Shown piece by piece: positions 1 through 7,391 of a stretch of DNA of 60,822 bases. Under the pieces are notes generated by a model. It worked only from the letters and a program-made list of their open reading frames with translations, had not been told where the DNA came from and did not search any database. The stretch's first letter is position 1. Each line of letters starts with the position of its first letter. Made by a program: the position numbers and the translations under genes. The DNA lies in assembly GCA_964630205.1 (NCBI GenBank), contig CAZVTM010000009.1:1-60822 (forward strand). The letters run 5' to 3'. This DNA comes from an uncultured Helicobacter sp. (GTDB lineage: Bacteria; Campylobacterota; Campylobacteria; Campylobacterales; UBA6016).

Positions 1-151
1 AGTAGAAATTTATCGGTGCTCTTAGACGCGATAAGAGCCGACATCATCGCTATATCTACAACAGTAGAAATTTATCGGTGCTCTTAGACTAGAATTTTCC
101 CCAATATTGTTTTCTATCTACAACAGTAGAAATTTATCGGTGCTCTTAGAC
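1..151 (-). CRISPR. Type V-A CRISPR array, leader-proximal end (truncated by window edge): repeats 1-27 (partial), 54-89, 116-151; 26-bp spacers 28-53 and 90-115
   Basis: Identical 36-bp repeat, on the minus strand GTCTAAGAGCACCGATAAATTTCTACTGTTGTAGAT; its 3' AATTTCTACTGTTGTAGAT is the Cas12a crRNA handle; lies downstream of cas2. Confidence 0.97.
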
Positions 152-269
152 AGATAAACTGCCATTTTGGCTACCATAGGTAACATTTTAGCTTATTTTT
201 TACACGAAAAGGCGCTATTTTTGTCAAAAAATCGGCTTATTTTTTCATAAAGACCGAGGTTTGCAATTT
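152..269 (-). promoter_or_regulatory. CRISPR leader
   Basis: AT-rich non-coding 118 bp between the cas2 stop and the first repeat, on the 5' side of the repeat orientation. Confidence 0.75.
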
Positions 270-545
270 TTAGTCTATTACCACCAGATCCGACTCGTCA
301 TTTTTGGCATAGCCATATCTTGTTATCTTGCATTGCTCGCTCAAATCTAAAATCATTATACTATCGGTTTGCGAAAATCTCTTCTCAAATTTGTTTTTTA
401 TGTCAGAGGATACAAGCGACAAAATCCGTTTGCTATTTTTGATTTGAAACATTGAATATTGGAGTCTAAAACCATGCTTTGATAGATATTTTGCAAACCG
501 TGTTCGTAGCTTGTCGTCACTGATGTCATATGAAACTATAATCAT
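270..545 (-). CDS. cas2: CRISPR-associated endonuclease Cas2
   Basis: N-terminal IVSYDISDDKLR and RLQYSMF motifs; 91 aa; overlaps the cas1 stop. Confidence 0.95.
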   Translation of the reverse strand: MIIVSYDISDDKLRTRFAKYLSKHGFRLQYSMFQIKNSKRILSLVSSDIKNKFEKRFSQTDSIMILDLSEQCKITRYGYAKNDESDLVVID

Positions 546-1516
546 ACTGTCACCTCCGTGCTAAAAATTGGGAAATCTCCAATCGGCTTGTCCTGAATAA
601 ATGCCCTGTAGTAGCGTTGGATATACACAAACATATCATTTTTGTGCTCCATTATCGCTTCCAAAAGCCATGTGACATACGGCTTTGCATTTTTGCCCAA
701 AAGACGGTATTGACCGTCTATGATGTCAAAATCATCCATGTTTACTTGCCCTAGATTGTAGGCTTTGCGAATACGATAATCTACAATCGGACGAAACGGC
801 TCTACTATATCCGCCACTAGTGATTTTCGTTGGTAAAATTCCTTATGATAGACGCCTTTGTACGTATCGAATCCGTAGAGATTTAGCATCGCATCCACGA
901 GGTGAAATAGTTGCATATAGCCGATGTCTAGTAGCAGATTTGTAGCGTCTTTTTTTGTTCTAGGCGTTCGCCCTTTCCAATCCACATTGTCAAACATATG
1001 GGCAAAATAAAGCCTAGAAGATACGCCCTCTAGCCCCAATATCTCTTGCGTAGATAGCGTCTCATCCGGCATTCGTTCATTGTATTCGTGAAGTTTTAGT
1101 ATTGCGTCTTTTAGTTTTTTGGATTTATCACGCCGTTTTTCCAAAAAAGCTATTTGCTGTGCAATTTTGTTTTTTACGATATGTTGAGCGATAGCCGTGC
1201 CACTGTATGCATACTGTTTTTGGCGCAAAAGCGTATTACCCTCGATACGATATTGCCAGCTCCCATACGGGCTAAGCCCGTGGGTCAAAAATGTAATACT
1301 AAAACCAAATTTTTTGGCTCTTTGCAAAAGCCCAGTCGTCACGCTCATGTGTCCGACGACAAAAAGCGCAAAAAGCTTGTAGCAGGTGGATTGGTATTTT
1401 ATCTTGCCATCGATGTCTGTCACGACTATATTGTCGTTTTTGAAGCTAAGCTTCTCGCCGTGACTCAGTAGAGCGATGATAATTTGTTTGTGTTTGAAAT
1501 CAGGCAGGCTCAACAT
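542..1516 (-). CDS. cas1: CRISPR-associated integrase Cas1 (type V-A/PREFRAN-like)
   Basis: GLEG, NLLLDIGY, GVYH and SLVADIVEPFR motifs; start re-placed at ATG 1516 (MLSLPDF), overlapping the cas4 end. Confidence 0.95.
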   Translation of the reverse strand: MLSLPDFKHKQIIIALLSHGEKLSFKNDNIVVTDIDGKIKYQSTCYKLFALFVVGHMSVTTGLLQRAKKFGFSITFLTHGLSPYGSWQYRIEGNTLLRQKQYAYSGTAIAQHIVKNKIAQQIAFLEKRRDKSKKLKDAILKLHEYNERMPDETLSTQEILGLEGVSSRLYFAHMFDNVDWKGRTPRTKKDATNLLLDIGYMQLFHLVDAMLNLYGFDTYKGVYHKEFYQRKSLVADIVEPFRPIVDYRIRKAYNLGQVNMDDFDIIDGQYRLLGKNAKPYVTWLLEAIMEHKNDMFVYIQRYYRAFIQDKPIGDFPIFSTEVTV

Positions 1517-2067
1517 GCGGCAACATCGCATAACGGGCTATAGATGCAGTGAGCGCATTTGTTTGGATTGGCGACAAAAGGGGCGCTCAAATCAAAAGTC
1601 TTTAGCTCATAAATAAGCTGTTCAAAACCCATCTGTCTTTGCGGGTCGTCATGCGGTAGGGCTACCTGATAGCTTTTGTTGTCATCAAGGCTGTATAACT
1701 TCATAGATTTGACCTCGTAACCCATCTCTGTGAGGCAGTGATATTGTGCATAGAGCTGATAGATATAGCCGTCATAGATAACCTTTATCTTCTTTTTGCG
1801 CTCCGTGAGGAGCTTTTTGGCGCTATCGTAGGTATCTATCTTGCCGCCAATACCATATGTCTCACTATACACTTCTATCGTTTGCAGTACCTTTTTGGCT
1901 GTCGTATAAGTCTTTGTATCTAGCGAAGCATGTGCGGCTTTGCCGTCTCTTTGGTCTGTCGAATGATACAAGCTCTCGTCGCTTTGCCCGTAAAGCTGAT
2001 GAAAATATATAGAACGAGGGCAAAAAATAAAATCGTTTAGAAACGAGATAGGAATGTATGGTTCCAT
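1510..2067 (-). CDS. cas4: CRISPR-associated exonuclease Cas4
   Basis: FCPR plus C-terminal CxxCxxxxxC Fe-S cysteines; RecB-like GKID...ExK...QLxA motifs. Confidence 0.93.
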   Translation of the reverse strand: MEPYIPISFLNDFIFCPRSIYFHQLYGQSDESLYHSTDQRDGKAAHASLDTKTYTTAKKVLQTIEVYSETYGIGGKIDTYDSAKKLLTERKKKIKVIYDGYIYQLYAQYHCLTEMGYEVKSMKLYSLDDNKSYQVALPHDDPQRQMGFEQLIYELKTFDLSAPFVANPNKCAHCIYSPLCDVAAC

Positions 2068-2068
2068 C

Positions 2069-5000
2069 TCATCCCTCTAGCCCTTGCGCAAAACGGAGCC
2101 ACTCTTTGTTTGTTATTTTGAAGTCTATTTTTTTCATATCGTCGGCATTTTTGATTTTTTGCACAAGCATAAGACCCTTGCGTGCGATGTTGTATGCGCC
2201 GTTTGCATCTGCGTCTTTCGGGAGCGTCGCATCAGCCCTGCGAGAGTCATAAAACTCTCCGTTGGCATCAGCCACAGGAGAGACGAGATAGTCTACATCT
2301 GTACCCGGCACCGAGTTTCGCATTTGCAAGGTCAGTCTAAAAAGATAGAGTAACTCCTCAAAAAATCTCTTTTCGGTTTGCGCCAATATGTAGCTCTTCA
2401 GATCGCCGCCGTAAGAGCCGAATAAATTTTTGAACTCCGTCGTTAGATGAACGGTTTTGCTATCCCATTGGTTGTTTGTGTCTGGATTTCTGAATGTCTT
2501 TATCCTCTCACCGTGCGTGCAAAGCGTCCATGCCGTGCGGGTATCCGCCCCTTTGTCGGTAAAATCTTTGTAGTCAAACTCGAACTCGAAGTAGCCTTTT
2601 GTCTCGCTGTACCTTATCGACTTGAATTTACCGAAAAACTCTTTTGCCTTTTCAACGCTAGTGTAGCGGGCATCAAAGAGATTGACAAATCCCGTCACAG
2701 GGTCTATCTTTGAGGTGTACCATGCGGGTACATAGTACAAAAAGCCGTTTTGTTTGCCCATCTTTTCAAAGCTCTCAAATTTGTTTGTCAGCTGAAGCGC
2801 ATTTAGCACGCCGCCGATTTCGTCTGGTGATTTTTGCTTGTCTACTAAATAATTTAGCTTGTCTATGAGCATTTTTTCAAACTTTTGGTACACCTGTTTT
2901 TCGACCTTAAAACGCCCTCTCTTGAAACCAAAATTGAGGTCTTCGAGGACGACGATAGCATTATGCTCTACCATGAGCGTGGCGATACGATGTATCACAT
3001 GGCTCATATATCCCTCTTTTAGCTCCTTGATATTTTCCACATTTCCCCACTCTACCCTAGCTTTTGCCCGTTCATCCTCTCTTTTGGTGAGTTTGTCGTG
3101 GTAGTCGATGATATGCTCTTTGCCGTTATAGCTATTTATGATTTGATTTAGCGAATATTGCTCCACCATACAACCTTTTGCGTCGATTAGTGAGACATAC
3201 AGCAGATGGCGTTCGCCCCTGTCTATGCCTATGATTTTGATGCTTTCAGAGTTTTTTGCAACAAATCCATTGACAAGCGCATTGATATTATCGCCGCCCG
3301 TAGCCTTGAAATTGAGGGTAATGGGCACATGAAATTGGAATTTGTCAAAGGCAAAACGGCGGTCTTTGATGATAGGATAAGCAAAGGTCTTTAGCTCCGG
3401 ATGGTGACCTACTTTTAGCTTCTCCTCCGAATAGTCAAGAGATTTTTTACGGTAAAAAATCTCCGCTTGTCCGTTGAGCTTGTAGACCACATCGGCTAGA
3501 TTTTGCTCGTCAAAAAGCGCTCTCCAATACAGCGTATGCATATTTGGCGTACCCTTGCTATACGGCGAGAAGTCTTTGTTGTAGATTTGGAATAGGTAGA
3601 GTTTGCCCTCGTCTACAAGAGTGTCGATATACTCGGCTTCAATATTTTTGTATGCGATTTTGTAGCCTTGCTGTTCAACCTCTCGATAAAATCCGCTAAG
3701 GTCTTCGTATGATGAAGTCGGGGAGAAATTAAATCCAAAATGCTTCCAATCTTCATGCTTTTGTATTGAAGCCTTGAAAAAATCAATCAGAGCATGGCAG
3801 TCGGCTAGGCTAAACTTGTCGCCTTTTTTGTGCGTATCGTTTTTATAATTTTCTAGCAGTTGCGCACTCGGCGCAAACTCACCTATACGAGAATTGGAAA
3901 AAAACACCTTTGGAAGCATTTTGTTTGCCCCCGGCAAAAGCTTGTATTCTACTTTTTTATATCCGCCTTCCTTTGTCGTCGGCTGAATGTTTTTGAGCAC
4001 ACGATTGTGTTTTTTGTCCATAATACCCAGATAATACAGTCCGTCTTTGAGAAACAATATAGCCGTATTGTCAGGCTCTTTGTTTACATCCCAACCGTCA
4101 AGCAGGGTGCTATTCTCAAAATTGAGCTTAAATTTTTCAAGAGAGTACGGCTTTTTGGTCTCAAAATTTCGGACTTTGTCGTAGAGTTTTGATATGCCGT
4201 TTAGACTCTCAAAATATGTGTCAAACATCGCATAAAAAGCAATATCCTTGTCTGTGTCGGTTTTGACATATAGAGGTTTGAGATGTCTTTGCATCGACAA
4301 AATCGCATCTAATAGCTTTTTTGTAGTTTTTGTGTCATTTGGATTATTTACCCACGAAGCATAGGCGGCTTTGATTTCGCTTGCCGCTTGCTCTGCGCCT
4401 TTGTAAAAATAATCAAACATAGATTTTTCGCTTGCATATTCACTTAGCGCCGCTTCAATTTCGGCAACTGAGAAAAACGAATTTTTGCGGTTGAAAAATC
4501 GCTCTTCATCGCCCGCAAGGTCTTTTGACTTTTGGGCTTTTGGATTTTGAGACAAGTGTTTTTGCCATAAAGCTTCACGGATTGTGCGGTAGTCGCTAAA
4601 GAGACTTTGAGATATGGCAGTAAGAGATAGGTCGTTTTTGACAAAAATCTTTGACGGCTCATACATATTCTTTGCCGTAAATAGCTCAGGAATACGCTCC
4701 AGCAAATCAACAACGCCGTCGCAACATTGGAATTTTGCAATATGCTCGGCATAAAATACCCTGACCGCCTCCGTTCGCTCCTCCTTGGTCTTGAAAGCCT
4801 CAGGCAACCACGAGAGTGATTCACGGTCGCTCAAAATCTGTTTGTTCAGGGCTTTAAAATTTGGTAGTTTTCTTTTGTCGATACCGTTTGCTTGTCTATA
4901 GAGGTTTATTTTTTCGTTAAACCCTTGTATCTTCGTGCCGTCTTCTAGCGTTTTGCCGCCTAGCATAGTGTTGTACAAATCTATGTATTTTTGAGATAGC

Positions 5001-5680
5001 GTAAAAGAGAAGTATTCGAGTGAAAACATATATTCGACGATACCGCCCTCCAAATGCTCAAGTAGCGATGATTGCGTCTGCTCCAAAAGCTGTGGATAAT
5101 CTCGTCTCACACTCTCAAAAGCTTTTTTGTTAGACAAAAATATCGGTAAATTTTCGTGTACGATGCGATAGACGACGGCGGAATGTTTTGGCTCGTGCGT
5201 GTAGATATTGGCTCTATTTTTGTGAAAACCCGTAAAATAAGTCGTAAAATTTTTGAACTTTTCTATTAATGCCCTGTCCGACTCGTCGGTCACAAAAGAG
5301 GTAAGCTCGTCTTTGATTAACTCTTTTGCAAAAAGATTTTTAAAAGTTGGATGCACTCTAAAAGCAGATGCTATTTGCTTGCGCAAAGACTCTTGTAGTT
5401 TTTTAAACTCTTTTTGTGTTTTATCATCTTTTGACGGCAAAAAATATAATTTTTCAAATTCCTCCAAAGCCTCAAGCTTAACACCCGATAAAGACTTGTG
5501 TATAAAATCTTTATGGTAATCGTCAATAATTTTTTTGACTCTTTTGTAATCTTCCGCCCGCTCTTCGTCTTGGCTTAAAAGCCCTTTTTGCTCAATGTAG
5601 TCCTTGGTCTTACCTATCGGTTTGAGTTCAAATCGGAGTGTTTTTGAGAGCTGATACTGTTTTGTAAATATGTCAAACAT
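2069..5680 (-). CDS. cas12a: Type V-A effector Cas12a (Cpf1), ~1203 aa
   Basis: YQLSKTLRFELKPIGKT N-terminus; RuvC motifs IGIDRGERHL, VLEDLNFGFKRGR and DADANGAYNIARK; KLLPGANKMLPKVFF; GTPNMHTLYW. ATG 5680 has an AAGGA RBS (the track starts at GTG 5686). Confidence 0.98.
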   Translation of the reverse strand: MFDIFTKQYQLSKTLRFELKPIGKTKDYIEQKGLLSQDEERAEDYKRVKKIIDDYHKDFIHKSLSGVKLEALEEFEKLYFLPSKDDKTQKEFKKLQESLRKQIASAFRVHPTFKNLFAKELIKDELTSFVTDESDRALIEKFKNFTTYFTGFHKNRANIYTHEPKHSAVVYRIVHENLPIFLSNKKAFESVRRDYPQLLEQTQSSLLEHLEGGIVEYMFSLEYFSFTLSQKYIDLYNTMLGGKTLEDGTKIQGFNEKINLYRQANGIDKRKLPNFKALNKQILSDRESLSWLPEAFKTKEERTEAVRVFYAEHIAKFQCCDGVVDLLERIPELFTAKNMYEPSKIFVKNDLSLTAISQSLFSDYRTIREALWQKHLSQNPKAQKSKDLAGDEERFFNRKNSFFSVAEIEAALSEYASEKSMFDYFYKGAEQAASEIKAAYASWVNNPNDTKTTKKLLDAILSMQRHLKPLYVKTDTDKDIAFYAMFDTYFESLNGISKLYDKVRNFETKKPYSLEKFKLNFENSTLLDGWDVNKEPDNTAILFLKDGLYYLGIMDKKHNRVLKNIQPTTKEGGYKKVEYKLLPGANKMLPKVFFSNSRIGEFAPSAQLLENYKNDTHKKGDKFSLADCHALIDFFKASIQKHEDWKHFGFNFSPTSSYEDLSGFYREVEQQGYKIAYKNIEAEYIDTLVDEGKLYLFQIYNKDFSPYSKGTPNMHTLYWRALFDEQNLADVVYKLNGQAEIFYRKKSLDYSEEKLKVGHHPELKTFAYPIIKDRRFAFDKFQFHVPITLNFKATGGDNINALVNGFVAKNSESIKIIGIDRGERHLLYVSLIDAKGCMVEQYSLNQIINSYNGKEHIIDYHDKLTKREDERAKARVEWGNVENIKELKEGYMSHVIHRIATLMVEHNAIVVLEDLNFGFKRGRFKVEKQVYQKFEKMLIDKLNYLVDKQKSPDEIGGVLNALQLTNKFESFEKMGKQNGFLYYVPAWYTSKIDPVTGFVNLFDARYTSVEKAKEFFGKFKSIRYSETKGYFEFEFDYKDFTDKGADTRTAWTLCTHGERIKTFRNPDTNNQWDSKTVHLTTEFKNLFGSYGGDLKSYILAQTEKRFFEELLYLFRLTLQMRNSVPGTDVDYLVSPVADANGEFYDSRRADATLPKDADANGAYNIARKGLMLVQKIKNADDMKKIDFKITNKEWLRFAQGLEG

Positions 5681-5748
5681 TGCCACATCCTTATGCTATT
5701 GATAATTTTTTGTTTTAAATGTTTTATCAAAACTTTGATTACAAATCA

Positions 5749-5777
5749 TGATCTGTCAACCCTTTTTGGTACAAACA
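5749..5777. repeat. IS3 terminal inverted repeat IRR
   Basis: Reverse-complement match (23/29) to 7061-7089; contains outward-facing TTGACA (5759-5754). Confidence 0.88.
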
Positions 5778-5799
5778 ATTCATAAAATCCCCAATAATT

Positions 5800-6711
5800 C
5801 TAAGCGGCTCTGCTTTTCTCATCAAGCCACCACCTAATCTCTGCTTCCATCGGCGATAAATAATCGTTGTACGAGTGCATTCTTTTTGTGTTGTAAAATG
5901 CGATATATTCGCTTATTGCTCTTTTTGCCTCCTCTTTGGTTTGAAATTTCATATGATGAACTAGTTCTGTTTTTAGCGTATGAAAGAAGCTCTCGGCTAC
6001 GGCATTGTCATAACAATTACCTTTGGCGCTCATACTTTGAATTATACCGTTGGCCGATAGATATGACCTAAACTCATCAGATGCATATTGTCCTCGCTTT
6101 GCTCCGGAATTCCGCTTCGCTACATGACTACCTCTATCCGAGTGAAATATAGCCCCGCTCAGACTCTCTCGTCTCATCTTGCTTGCCTGTAAGGCATCCA
6201 TTATAATTGTCGTATGCAATCTATCATCCATAGCATATCCGACTACGCTTCTTGAATATAAATCTATTGTCGTAGCAAGATATAGCCACCCATCTTTGGT
6301 CCAAATGTATGTTATATCGCCGACATATACCTCATTTGGACTAGAGGCATAAAAATCTTGACCTAGCCTATTTGGAGATATTGTAAAGTTGTGTTTGGAA
6401 TCTGTAGTAACGACCCTAAAGCGTTGTCTATTTTTTGTTCTAAGTCCGAGGAGCTTCATTGTATTTGCAATGCGTCTTCGGGAGAGTACCCAGCCGTACT
6501 CTTTTAATAAAAAGCGTTTGATTCGCCTTGTGCCGTAGGTTTGTTTGAATTCATCGAATGCGAGCTTGACTAGATGAGGCAACATTATATCTTTTGGTTT
6601 TTCTTTGCCTTTGAGCCAGTTGTAATATCCATTGCGGCTGACATTTAGTTTGTTGCACATCATATTTATCGACCACATCTTTGCATTATCTTGAATCTAG
6701 GCGTACTTCAC
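5800..6711 (-). pseudogene. IS3 transposase OrfB (DDE/rve domain), disrupted
   Basis: VGDITY, HSDRGS, AESFF catalytic motifs; the frame from GTG 6711 reads VKYA*IQD with TAG at 6697-6699; 12-aa insertion after HSDRGS. Confidence 0.85.
6089..6124. repeat. 36-bp palindromic in-frame insertion in the transposase
   Basis: Minus strand TGTAGCGAAGCGGAATTCCGGAGCAAAGCGAGGACA; removing it restores HSDRGSQYAS. Confidence 0.75.
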
Positions 6712-6747
6712 AGGGTTTCTTTTGCAAAGTACGCCGTTGCCTTTTTT
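6700..6747 (-). other. Programmed -1 ribosomal frameshift signal (A6G plus stem-loop)
   Basis: A AAA AAG at 6747-6741, then after 5 nt a 9-bp stem GGCGTACTT...AAGTACGCC; a -1 shift enters the orfB frame. Confidence 0.85.
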
Positions 6748-7016
6748 AGGATGTCGCACTCCATTTTTAGCCTAGCATTCTCTTTTCTGAGTTTTTTTAA
6801 CCCCTCTTGTTCGGATAGCGGCTCTTTGTGGGCGGCGGTATCATTGATGTTGTGTTTGCGTTTATATGTGCCAACCCAGTTATATAGGGTGTTGTCGTTA
6901 ATTCCTAACTCTTTTGCGATGTGGCTCATCGGTCTATCGCCGATAAGAGCCATCTCTATCGCTGTTTGCTTGAAGTCTTTTGGATATGTTTTTAGATGAT
7001 TACCGCCTCTTGGCAT
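6708..7016 (-). CDS. IS3 transposase OrfA (HTH_Tnp_1)
   Basis: YPKDFKQTAI...IAKELGI..TLYNWV HTH and LRKENARLKMECDILKKATAYF leucine zipper. Confidence 0.92.
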   Translation of the reverse strand: MPRGGNHLKTYPKDFKQTAIEMALIGDRPMSHIAKELGINDNTLYNWVGTYKRKHNINDTAAHKEPLSEQEGLKKLRKENARLKMECDILKKATAYFAKETL

Positions 7017-7060
7017 TTAGCTTTCCTTTGCTGGTTTTTTAGCTTGGGGGAATTGTAGGC

Positions 7061-7089
7061 TGTTTGTACCAAATATTGTAGCCGGATCA
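7061..7089. repeat. IS3 terminal inverted repeat IRL
   Basis: Partner of 5749-5777; contains inward-facing TACAAT. Confidence 0.88.
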
Positions 7090-7223
7090 ATGAGCGCCGA
7101 GTCTCCTAGATAGATTTTTTTATTTGAGACAACTATCGTTTGCAGAGATTTTTTCTCTATGGCTCGTACCACAATCGGTTTTAATAAGTTAGGGAATGCA
7201 TCACCGTCTACGAACAATCTCAA
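7090..7223 (-). pseudogene. 5' fragment (~45 codons) of a YaiI/YqxD (UPF0178) family gene truncated by the IS
   Basis: TTG start with GGAGA RBS; MRLFVDGDAFPNLLKPIVVRAIEKKSLQTIVVSN resembles the VDAD(A/C)P...V(A/S)N N-terminus of UPF0178; cut exactly at IRL. Confidence 0.75.
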
Positions 7224-7355
7224 AAGCAAAATCTCCGATACTTTGTATTTTCTAAAGTGCAATTTTAGCTAAAAAACAAGAATTCAAAATGGCTGATGCA
7301 AACCTGATTTTTTTGAAAAAAATTTCTCCTAACCTTATAAAAAGTTTAAATTTTC

Positions 7356-7364
7356 TGCTATAAT
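7356..7364 (+). promoter_or_regulatory. Extended -10 promoter of hsrA
   Basis: TGCTATAAT ending 27 bp upstream of the ATG, preceded by A/T tracts. Confidence 0.65.
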
Positions 7365-7391
7365 CCACCAAAAAATTTTAGAAGGCTACAT

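Larger units (their letters stand above)
5749..7089 (-). mobile_element. IS3-family insertion sequence (1341 bp), probably transposition-defective in cis
   Basis: TG...CA ends with imperfect IRs (TGATCTGTCAACCCTTTTTGGTACAAACA vs TGATCCGGCTACAATATTTGGTACAAACA, 23/29); orfA/orfB in -1 arrangement; DDE domain. Confidence 0.93.

Noticed and set aside
13-41. Hairpin between repeat GCTCTTA (18-24) and spacer TAAGAGC (32-38)
   Set aside because: Only 7 bp plus a bulged extension, in one spacer; compatible with chance and outside the crRNA handle
5721-5759. IS IRR TTGACA forming a hybrid promoter for cas12a
   Set aside because: Candidate -10 boxes lie 10 bp (TGTAAT) and 27 bp (TAAAAC) away, not 16-18 bp
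6940-6965. Spacer 28-53 matches IS orfA at 19/26 positions (possible anti-IS or self targeting)
   Set aside because: Seven mismatches, several in the PAM-proximal half; the 5' flank is GCAA, not T-rich; a rough binomial estimate says such a match is not surprising in a 60-kb window
2069-7089. CRISPR-associated transposon (CAST) interpretation
   Set aside because: No tnsB/tnsC/tniQ; the effector is a nuclease-intact Cas12a, not Cas12k; the IS3 is an ordinary, defective element
7017-7262. 81-aa track ORF as a real gene
   Set aside because: It is a chimera of the truncated yaiI-like frame and IS end sequence, with an over-extended start
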